From the NCBI GenBank assembly GCA_951406725.2, contig OX597824.1:44578001-44642000 (forward strand): a DNA stretch of 64,000 nucleotides, in the 5' to 3' direction. The position numbers and the translations under genes are program-made. Below, one piece after another: positions 50,801-63,300 of this stretch. The notes beneath the pieces were generated by a model. That model searched no databases. It had not been told where the DNA came from and worked only from the letters and a program-made list of their open reading frames with translations. Within the stretch, counting starts at the first letter, position 1. The number at the start of each line of letters is the position of its first letter. The stretch comes from Octopus vulgaris (taxonomy: Eukaryota).

Positions 50801-53800
50801 ACGAAAGACCACACCATACAACTGGTTAATATATATATATATATATAGGTTTGTTTCTTCTTACTTGCACGGTTTGGACAAATATGTTCAGGCATTATTT
50901 TACAACCAGATGCCCTTTCAGATTCTAACTCTTACTTATTATTCAAGTAAGGAATCACTTACTCCTTATAGCTCAAAAGACAACAAGAGCCGAAGCATTT
51001 TTCTTTTTTGACAGAAGCTAAAGAGACCACTAGTCACACTTTCATACAAAATATGTCTGTGTATGCACGCGCACACACACACGCACGCACGTGCGCGATG
51101 GTCTACTCTTTGTTTCTGTCTAACACATTCTGTTAAAATTCTCTGATTGACCTGGTGCTATAGTACAAGACACTTGTCTAAAGTGTTGTGCAGTGGAACT
51201 GAACCCAAAACCACATGGTTGGATGGTAAACTACGCAACCACGCAGCCATGCTTACATTTATAATGCATGAAATTGTTTTATACTATCACAGTATACATA
51301 TGGTGTTATACAACATTCTTTTGCAGTATATTATATTCTGACATATATAAAATTGTATTCTGTAGTATCATTTTATGTGATAAGTCTTCTTTCATAAGTA
51401 TGACTTCTCAGTTTTATAAAGCTGATCAGCTGAGAGTTTATGACAGTCATTCATTACCTAAAAGAACTGTAACAATATATAAGTCTTCATCATCATTTGT
51501 GTTGCTACAGTACCTTATTCCTGACAAGTTTTGTTATTATACCCCATCAGACTTTTTAAGCTCTTATTTGTTTTACAAAAAAATAATTTTTTTTTCTGTT
51601 GCACATACATGCAGATACACACACATATAAATTATAATCAAGCAAACAAACTACAGTACTTCTTATTTTCTAATCTTTTATTTATAGGGAAGCATGCAAC
51701 CCATCCTCTCAGATGTTGCATATGCTGTTGCTCACAAATTGAAGTCTGCATTTGTATCTGCTGCCAGGTAGATATTGATTTACAGTAATGTTTTTGCTTT
51801 GTGTAGCTGAACATTTAATATTCCTTTTATTCAGAAAACTGCTTTCTTTCATCAATAATCCACTCAATGATTTATTTTGCACCACCTGTATAACTGATCT
51901 TTACTTTTCTTTTAATATTATAACAATAATAGAAAGAGAGTAATAACATAACCAAATGACAGAACACTGGTTTCGATGTTTTAGGGTATCTAATGTCGTA
52001 ATACAAAATCATTCTAGAGTAGAGTTTTCTTTTCTTTTGAAATGTTAAAATAGTTATTAATAATTTGGTTAAATCTGCACACATACTCTCTCTCTTGTAC
52101 AATATATGTCTCAAGCTTACTCAAAAGAAATGACATTATTACTGTAACAGCATATACTCATCTGATCTCACAATTGCTACTGAGCTTCTTCTATAAAATC
52201 ATTTCATCAGCTTTTTCCATCTATTTTTCAACCCAAATATTGACTCTTAATTTGTCTGTTGCAATAAACATCAGATATTAAACAATAGATTTAAATTGTA
52301 TCACTTTAGAATGGATCTGATTCCTACACAATGCTCTGAACATGACTTTGAACAGATTCAATGAAATGCAGATGAACACTATATCAAACAGATTTCCTCG
52401 TAGCTTTCTGAGAACCTGGTCAGGGATCATACATATGTTAGCAGCATGGTAGGTGTTGCGATTTTAGTTTTGATTACGTGATTTTGATTGTCTCGATTGT
52501 TGTTATATGCCTGCACTGTGATTGTGCGGAGTTCTGTTCTGTTTGCAGACAACATGTTATTGATATAAACCCAAACTCGAATATCAAAGTTTAAAAGGTT
52601 TTAATCAACTAAAAATACAGTAATCTACAATACAAACAAAGATTGCTAAATTGTAGGCAAAACTAAACTTCAACACAATAACATTTTTAATGCAGTGAGT
52701 TTCTACATTCTCGACTAACTAAAAATCAACGCTGAACATGTCGTCTGCAAACAGAACAGAACACCGCGCAGTCGCAGTGCAGGCATATAACAGCAATCGA
52801 GACAATCAAAATTACATTATCAAAACTAAACTCACAACAGTAGGATTTCATGCAGCCTATTTACCACCGGTATCTAACATTCACAATCACACCAAAAGGC
52901 AATTTTGTCATGATAGGCGAACTTACACCTTTGAAAAAAGTTGTATTGGCAGAGGACTTTTGTTTCCTGGCAGATTCAACCTTGTGAAAGGTGAGGTAAA
53001 ATAAAGTGTCACATATACCACAAAACGGAAATGGTTAAAGATGCTTAATTCAGAGAATACTTGGGTACTGTTAAATTGGGTCACATGGAGTCAGGATAGG
53101 ACCCTTGTCAGAAATATGGCTATAACAGATGACTAATCTCCAGCTAAATATGCCAGTTTGGTGTATGTTACTCTATTGCTGACAATTACTATTTATAGTG
53201 GGGGACTTTGATTGTTTTACCCAGTCACTTAACCCTTTCGTTACCAAACCGCCCGAAAAAATATTTGGTTAATGTGACCAAAGCCGCCCGAATTTACCTA
53301 TTCATATTTAAATGAGAATATCAGAGCAAATCTCTTTAGTACATTCGTGAAAATACGTATTATACTTCGTAAAGAGTTCAACTACAGTTTTGTACAAAAA
53401 TCGAAGTGTAATTTTAATTCCATGAATTTTGGGAGATTTTTTTTCCGAAATTTGTTCCTATTGTGTTTTCAAAATTTGTAATTCTGACAAAAAATGGATA
53501 CGAATTTCATTATATCAAGCAGCGAGTCAGAATTCGAAGGATTTTCTACTGAAGACCTTGATAAATCTAACTCTATGACTGAAAAAAAAAAGCACGTGGT
53601 ATTTGATAATGAATCTGATGTTTCATTTTCCGAAAGTGAAAACAGTGAATCCGAGAGCTCCGACAGTGATAAAGAAAATGAATTGGCACCTGAATGGAGT
53701 GAAAATTTAAAAACTGTTTCTTTCGGTGATTTTTCTGAAGAAACTGGACAAAGCCACAGACTTTCCCAGAAGAGTAAAGCCTTAGACTATTTCTTTTTAC

Positions 53801-56800
53801 TTTTTCGAATGAGCCTATTTGAAATCATTATGGTGGAAACGAACCATTACGCTAAATGTAAACAAAACGAAAGAAAGGATAGTTAGTGGTTTCCCATAAC
53901 CTTAAATGAAATTAAGACTATTTTGCTATAAATATTATTATGGGTATCAGAAAGTTACCCAGAATAACAAATTCTATTGTAAAATTTTGTTGTATACCCA
54001 ATTGAATATTAGCTAATAACCCATTTTCTATAGCGATGTTTGAACAAAATTTTAATAATTTTATATTTTGTTGAATTTACCTGTATCTACCTGCAATTAG
54101 AGTCACTTTGTGACAAAAATTATAGTATAGAATTGGTTGAGAACATTTCATTAAATTATCTTCCAAAATTCACGTTAATATATTGATAAATAAAAAAGTT
54201 ATAGTTGTTTAATGAAACCAGACTAAATTTATGATTATGTTAGAAATTAATTGAAACACATAAGGGGTGTATTTTGGTCAGAAATATAGTAACGAAAGGG
54301 TTAAGCAAAGCTAATAGATGTACAGAGCCTTTAGTATCAAATCAATGTTGCATAGAAAGTTTAATTGAATTGATATGTTGGAGACTATGCCATCCTATTT
54401 GTTTTCACTTTTCTTGCCTTCACCCTGCAACTCCAGGACGGAGATATACATAATCTCGGTTGTATCTTTTCCATTCTGAATTACTGTGAAGCCATGTATG
54501 TACTTTTACCTGCGACTAACCTGTCTTCCTTATAAGTGAGATATATCATGTATTTTATTTGTTACATATGCTACTACAGTATTAAACAAACAAAAAAGAT
54601 AGTTTAGATTCAGTTACATTTTATTACATTTTCTTTTATTTTTTTTTTTTATTTTTTACTTTCTACTTTTTAATTTTTGTTTTAATTTTCTATTTTACAG
54701 TGGTTTGCTCGGATTTGGTTCTGAGAATAAAGAAAAAAGGAGACCTAAGATTGAACCAGCAACCACACTACCATTAAGGTAAGGCTAAGAACAAACATCT
54801 GCAATACTATTGTAATTGGATTAACTCTTCTGTGCTCGTTTTGTTTTGATACTTTTTTCTTTTACTGGTTGGATAGTTATTTTAATGTGGATATCTATGT
54901 GTTATTGTTGCTATTGAGTAGCTCTAGTCTACACATCTTGAACATACAAGGTAACAACAATTAGTTTGGAGTGATTTACATAACTGCCATCCTCTATGTG
55001 GTAATTCAACTTGCCGGAAGTAGCAGACAAATTCTTTAATTCACACCATGCTGTCTTTAAAAAAAATGAAAGGACACATCAGCCAATGTAATCTAAGAAA
55101 TACAAAAAGACATGGCAATAATGACTGAAATGCTTTGTATTGAGATTAAATAACAATAACTGGATGTGTCATATCAAGACTTCACTGCATGCTGTTATGT
55201 TTTGATATGTCCAGAGATTTAGATTTTGGCCAGGGAAATTAACTCAATTGGTTTATGCACTCTATGAATTATCTGATGACTGACATCAGCGACTCAACAT
55301 GTTTGGCTGTTGTGAAACAATTTTGATTTACACATGTTTGTATTTCATGTTTGTCTTTGTTAAGTGGAGGGACAATAAACTTAGTTAAGCTGTTTTAATA
55401 ATCTAGTGTTTTATTAGTGCATTTAGTTGTTTTGTCAGTGATTGGATATGTCATTACATAGATTACATAATTTGGGAGAGGCCATAGCTAGTCCTAACTA
55501 TGGTTGCCAAATCTCTGGAAATTGTCTGTCATAATAGAAAAACAATGATTGTAAAGTAGAAATAAATTAGCTTTTAAAATATTGATCTTTTCACTATGGG
55601 AGCCACTCTTAATAATTTTGAATATAATGGGTTTTTTTTTTCACTGAGACACATCAAATTTAGTTTGGAAAGGACTGAATTCCAGTATGTTATTTGTGCT
55701 TATTTTATCAGCTTGAGTGGAATGAAATATAAAAATGATCCTGGTATAATTTTAACCTCAAAATGCCAGGTTATATAAAACGCCAGATTAAGTAAAATGC
55801 CAGGTTAAATAAAGTAAAGTATTTATATTCTGTTTTATTTAATGTTTAATCTAGAAAAAACAACTTTTAGTAATGTCCGGATAAAACATTATTTGTTCCA
55901 CTAAAATGCTTGACAATAGAAATGGGCATTTAGCCATACTGTTGATCACAGTACACTTTTGACCAGGCAGCTAGATCAGATCTTTGGGAATTCTGCTTCA
56001 GATACCATATAGCAGTGGATAGGGATCACTGGGGATATGTTGTAAATACTTAACCAAATGAAAATAATAGTATTTATAATTGTAATGCTGCATCATTTTC
56101 CATTACTTCTCTCTCTCCCCACCTGATTTATTTGTTTTGTCTTTTTAGTCTCTTTATATTGTTTCCAGTGTCTTTTTATTTTACAGTCTTCATCATCATC
56201 ATTGTCAACATCCTTTCTACTTTATTTGTTTTTTTATTTCTTTTTCTCTATTTTCTTCCATCTTGACTAATGCTACAATCACTATTCTCCATTTCATTTG
56301 CAGCTCCTGTTGTTGAATTAACCTCTTCACACACCACTCCTGCTGGCAGTATCTAACAGATACAATATACAACTACATTTTTAACTGTTAAACAGAGTTA
56401 ACATGATAATCCAAGTTGTGTTTCATTTGCAGGTTTGGTTTGCCAGATAAAAGGAGAATTGGAGAAAGTATTGTATTGTCTCCTAACAACAAATATGCTG
56501 CTACAACAGATAGCTATGGACGTGTGATACTTCTTGATGTACAACGAGGCATTGGTATTCGAATGTGGAAAGGTTAGTTCATAGAATCTTAAGTGTAATA
56601 AACTTTATATTCTTACTGTCCCATTCTATATGTGTGACCGTCTCTCTCTCCCTCTATATCTATCTATCTCCCCCACTCTCATACAGAATCTTATTTTTGT
56701 TTCCATTCTATGCTGCACAACATTTCTGTCCTTGGCTGCTGCCAGTAGCATTTCAAGTTTCCTATAAAAGGTTGCTATCTCTTCATTCAACTCTTCTCCA

Positions 56801-57357
56801 TCACTGGAAAAAAGATATTGTGAATAGTCTCCTACAAACCTTCTCTCCATGCATCATAGTCAATTCAGATAGCAAAAGAAAGATTTGATTCAAGTGCTTG
56901 ACTGGTTCTTTGTTTGTTGACTCCAGAAGTATGAAAGAAAAAGTTGACCTCAGAAGAGTTTGAACACCAGAGTACAAAGCCAGAACAAACATTGAATGCT
57001 ATTCTAGCTAATGCTCTAACAACTGTTCCAATTCAATACAAAAAAAAAGAATTTTTGCAAAGACATCAGTTTTCAGATTTAAAGAGGTGATGTGACTTTA
57101 TCTGATTTTAATTTCTAATTAGAAATATTTATTTATGAAATCAGTGCATTTAGAGAGAAAAGCTTAATAGCTTGAGTGAAACAGTTCCAAGTGGTAACAA
57201 TGGTGGTAGCTGTGTTAGTCAGCCAAACCTGTAATCAGACTGATTTCAACCATGAAAAATACAGATATAATGTGTCTTATTATTTCCTCTAATCTAGTTG
57301 TCTTTTTGATAAAGTAAAACAATCTCTTCTCTAGAGTTTTAAAATGATGTCTAGCTC

Positions 57358-57390
<33 letters not shown>

Positions 57391-60300
57391 TTTTGGGTAG
57401 CGTGATATAATGGTTAGTCAAGTCAGCTCAGGGGTTACTTCTTGCTACTATCAGAATTGATTCTTTCTGATTTTCTAATTCCTGCTTATCTGCATCTGAA
57501 CTAAAATCCATACTGTTAAGTTTTGTACAATATTTCAGGTACTATAGCGACACCCTGGTGACATGAAAGTATTAGAGAATATAAGCTTGTTAATAATTAA
57601 CTACTGTAAGGGTAATGTAATAGCAAAAATAGTAGAGCACATAACAAAAAACTTTTCAGTATTTAGTTGTCATTTGCAGTTTCTGGCAAAAATTTGGTTA
57701 ATAATGAGCTCTTCTTGTCAAGGAAGTGCTTATATCTGAATATGTGGTTTGAAATGAATATAGTGCAGGCATGGCGGTGTTATTAAAAGCTTAATTTCCT
57801 AGCTATTTCCTAGCTATTTGGTTTTAAATTCAGTCCTACTGCATGTCACCTTGGGCAAATGTCTTCACTTTTGCAAGTGAATTTGGTAGACAGAAGCTGA
57901 ACAAAGATTGTCATATATATATATGTGTGTGTATGTGTAGGTGTGCATCAGTGTTTGTGCACTCTATAACAATTGCTACAGACAGTGTTATTGTTGTCAC
58001 TTCTCTTAGCAACCAATTGTCCACTTGCTTTGTGCTTTCATAGACATGTGAATTAAGATATCTTTATATATAAAAGTCAAGTTGTGTGTCTGTCTCCTAT
58101 GATTTAGATTCCTAACTACTCCCACATTTTACGGTGCAGTTTAACCAAACTTATAGTATCTTATAGTCGTGATTCATATCGAGCCCTTCTGAGTATTAGC
58201 GCGCGTCTACGATGAGTCTACAATTTCAAAAATAATTTACCATCATTTTTTTCCATTTTAATGCATTTTTTCGCTATTATATAAGGGAAGTAACTCTCTA
58301 AAAATGTCTACGATGAGTCAACAATTTAAAAAAAAATTTACCATCATTTTTTTTTTCATTTTTAATGCATTTTTTTGCTATTTTTTGGCTATAACTCTCT
58401 AAAAATGCTTATATAGTTATTTCCCTTACAAACCCGAGCAACGCGGGGCGATACTGCTAGTCCTTTATGTAAAAAAAACTAGTAAAAACGGTGTCTCAAT
58501 AATATATTCATCTAACTCATGCTACCATGGAAAAATGAACATGGAATGAACAAACCAACCTTCAATGGCCTTTTTTTTGCACTCCCACTATAGTCAGAAA
58601 AAATAGTGTTGGAAGCTCATTTAGAATGTATAGTTATCCAGAGCAGTACTTTGTGTCCAACATTAATAGTTCTTCATGAAAAAATAAGAAGAAATAATGT
58701 CACAGAACACACACACGCGCACACAAAAATATATATTTGTTGATTGTATGTGTGTATTTTCTTACTATGTGTATGTATATATGTGTGTGTGTGTGTATAT
58801 ACACACATATACATAGGTTTAGGTAAAACTCAGAAGCACTCACACACACACATGCACTCAAAGTAGGTTTCAAATTTTGGCACCAGGCCAACAATTTCAG
58901 GGGAGGGGGATAAGTTGATTACATCAACCCCAATGTTCAACTGGTACTTATTTTACTGACCCCCAAGAGGATGAGAGGCAAAGTCAACCTCAGTAGAATT
59001 TAAACTCAGACTGCAAAAATGGATGAAATGCCACTAAGCATTTTGTCCAGCTTGCTAATGATTCTGCCAGTTTGCTGCCTTATATACACTCACTATTAAG
59101 TTCTTAGTAGCTCCTATTCACTCATAAGTTAGACCATTAACTGATGCTACTTAGCTGTTGCTGCTCTTGGAAATTATTAATAGTACTTCAGCTTTTGTCT
59201 TGTTTACCTTTAATTACTTTTTACTCTAATCCACTTTACCAAGTTTTATATGTTTTATACTGTTTGTAACAAATTTTTTACCCTGTTTTTCATTGCAGAG
59301 GTTTAAAAACTACTGCCTGTATTGGCAGTAAATGTTTTTTCTCTTGATACAAAAGGTAGAATAAATGAGACGTGTGAGTTGTGTGATGATAATGAAAAAA
59401 GGGCAGTGAATGAAAAACATCTGCATCAGTTACAAAATGACAAGTTGAAAATCATCCATTATATATGCAATTATTAATTTATAAGTGTATTAGGAATAGC
59501 TTCAATTTTGAAGTATGCATAAAAAGCTTTGGTCAGTGTTTGTTGGAGAGATAATAATGTTATGTATCAGAGGAAATTGAGTGAGGAAGTCTAGTCAGTA
59601 TTATTGAAGACTGAATGTGCAAGTCAAGATGAGAATGCAGGCTTTGCTATTAATGTCATCATAGAGAAATTCAGCTTCTATGGATTGTATCAGAGTTATA
59701 GCAGCACTTTGTACCATATTGGCAAGGTTAACTTGTCAGAAAACAGTAAGAATCAACAAATTTGGTACAGTGATTGTATTATATTGTTTACTTACTTTAC
59801 TTTCATTTAGGCTACCGTGATGCTCAAGTTGGTTGGGTGCAAGTGAAAGAAGAGAAAAGCCAATGTACCAACCCTCAGAAAATGCAGCGACTTGCTCAGT
59901 TTTTTGTTATATATGCTCCAAGACGAGGTATCCTCGAGGTATGATGTATAAGTCATTATTTTCATCACCATCATAAATTTGATACGCCATCCAATTTTCC
60001 ACTGTATGAGTTGATTGAGTCTGCAATATAGCAATTTTCAAGATTCTCATTCTTGAACCTTGATAAATTTCCTCTAGTCTTTTCCTTAGATCTTCAACAC
60101 AAAGATGATCAGGCCATCTTTGTAGATAGAATCTCTTCTTTCCTAACAGACTGCTCCATCTTTACTTTTTTAATCATTGCCATTATTTATCTTCTTGTTT
60201 TCACACACTGATATGGATTGTTTGGATCTTACAGCATCTTGTCACTCATCACAATTCTTTGTCTTCTTTGTACTCCCTCTGTTTCTCAAATTTATGTCAC

Positions 60301-63300
60301 ACTGATAAACCATACCATACCATACCTAGGTTATCCCATTACAATCATTACTATATCACATCACACTTCTGACTCTCACCTCATTTAGTAAGGGGATAGA
60401 TCTTTTTGTGACTAACAAGGCCATTTCTTCTCCAACTTATTTCAGTCACCACAAACTGTAGACACTATGCCACTTCTGCAATCACCAATAAAATTTCTGA
60501 ATATGTATTTAAAAAAGGCCAACTTTATACAATAAATTGAAACTATTGTATTGAGTCAAACACAAGTAGCACTACACGAAAAGGTGGATTGTGTAGTTGC
60601 TGACCAGGTTGATGGGCATGTCTGTGGATTACTATAAAATATTTCTATAAATACTTTTATGTTACCACATTGTTTTGCTCTAGAAGAGTTGGCTGCTTGT
60701 GCTGTTCAACAAAATTGGTATGAATTAAATCTTAAAAATTATTACTGCACTTTACAGATTATGATCTAACTTAAACTTTTCCCACACAATATATTATAAT
60801 TATGTGGCCCCTCTGCTATATTATACACACTAGAAATCAAACAGTATGATGGAGTATGCTGAATGTTTACAGACTAGGGTTGAATGAAGAATGTTCAGTT
60901 TGCTGTAGCTAACTCAACAAATCAGCAATAGTTATAAAAAAAAATATTTCTATTTTTATTTTTTATTTTATTTTTTCACAGGTGTGGACTGCTGTATATG
61001 GTCCAAGAGTTGCTGCATTCAATGTGTGTAAACGATGTCGCTTAATATGTCAAGGGTATGGTATGATGGGACTGAACAATGTCACAAGTCGAGATACTAA
61101 GACCAAAACATTCCAGATTGCTCTTGTTGATACAAATGGCTTCATTAAAACAATAGATGTGCCTTTTCATCTTGCTCTCAGGTAATTTGCACTTTCTTCT
61201 GTTAAAATTTATATAAATTCACAGGCACATTCATCTTGTATATTCTTCAGTTTGGCTATTCATTTTTACCTAGGTACACACATAGAGAGAGACATATGTT
61301 GAAAGAATACATGTCTACATGCACCACAAAATATCGTGTCTGCTAAGCACGTGCCTACACAAATGTACACCAAAAGTTGATTGGTCCTTGTGTGCGTCCT
61401 TACATACTGCAATGTCTTCCTTTGCAGAAGACTTTATATAATTTGATGTCAATTTGAAGTTGCATGCTAAATATAAAATACTATACATATTAATGTGTTG
61501 TATATTGTGTGTTTTAATTGTTCTATGTTATTATGTATAATATATTATTTTTATGCATGCATATGTGTAATAATAGCTGATATAGATATTGGTTGGTTGA
61601 TTGGTTTCTCCTGTCCTACTTTATATTATATAAAGAAAGGAAGCGTGAGAGTAAAAGAGAGATACAGGGAGTTAATATAAGAGTTGCAAGATGAGAGCTT
61701 ACACTAGGCTTAGTTGTAGATAGTGAGTAAGCAAAAACACTATACACAAACACAATGTGAAAGACAAAAAAACCTACTATAAAGTACAATAAAATTAGTT
61801 TGTGGGGAAAGAAGATATTTTTAATCAGCGCGTTGATTAAAAATATCTTCTTTCCCCACAGACTAATAACAGGTTAGGTATATATATTTTTAAATAAGTT
61901 TTTTGAATAATTTTATTGTACTTTATAGTAGGTTTTAAAATGCTTATATTATTTTATTATTATATAGGATATAACTTTCTATGTGTATACCAGACAATAA
62001 GGTTGTCCTGAAATAGGAGTTGCGGTTCTATTGGTAAAATCCCAAATTTGTAATAATATATATATTAGGGGTACTGAAAAATAATGTTACCTTGCCAAGC
62101 AAATTGTCTGATGTCATACCACAAACAGTTTACAAGCCAATAATAGGTGTCCTTGCAATCAACCAAAAAGTATAGAGTTAATGACCAAATGTTAATGTAG
62201 AAATGTAGTGTGTGTATATGTGCTATGTCTGACAGCCCATAGAAAATGAGGCTTCCAAAGGTGATTTAACAAAATTTGGATTGATACCCATCCAATATTT
62301 TGAATGAGTATTGATCAGGAAGACCAACTGTTCTGAATAATGACGCAATGAAAAGAGCAATTTAAGAGGATCTGCATCAAAATATCAGAGACTTAATCCT
62401 TAGGCTTAGTAAACCTTGGTCCACTGTGCAAGAATCTCCAACAGAATGGGAAAGTGTATAGAGAAAGGAAGTGGATTTCCCCCCATGAATAAAGCAATGC
62501 TTTTAACAATTTGCTAATCAGGAATGAATAAACCCCTTTTTCTTAACTGAATTGTAATAGGTGATGAGAAACGGATATTCTATGTCAACAATAAGCATAA
62601 GTAGCAAGTTCCAACACTCAAACCAGATCTACACCTAAAAAAAGATTTTGCTGTGCATTTGTTAGAATACTATAGGCATTGTTCACTTTGAATTATTGGA
62701 ACAACAGAAAAGCATCACTACAGAACTTTATTGTCAACAACTTAAACATGCCAATCACATTCTGCTCAAAAAACAACTAGTTCTAGTCAACAGAAAACAT
62801 GCTGAAACATGATAATACAAGGCCACATTCAGTGAAGCTAACCCATCATCATCGTTATCATCATCATTTAACGTCCGTTTTCCATGCTGGCATGTATTGA
62901 ATGGTTTGACTGGGGACTGGCAAGCTAGGAGGCTGCACCAGGCCCCAATCTGACCTGGCGAGGTTTCTACAGCGGGATGCCCTTCCTAACACCAACCTCT
63001 CTGTGAGTGTAGTGTGTGCTTTTTATGTGCCACTGGCATGAGGGCTTGTCAGGCAACACTGGCATCGGCCATGTTCAGATGGTGCTTTTTATGTGCCAGC
63101 AGCATGGGGAGCCAGTCGGGACAGGGTGGGGCTAAAATGAATTCATTAGGCTGGGAAGCTCCATCTCATCCTCCACTTATACAGGTCACTTCAACATTTC
63201 ATCAGTGGAAAAGCATTCAGAAGCAGGAAAGTGTTCAAACAGCACTCCAAACATTTTCCTCTTTCATCTTCTCAAGAAACTGATTGTTTTTTTCACTAAT

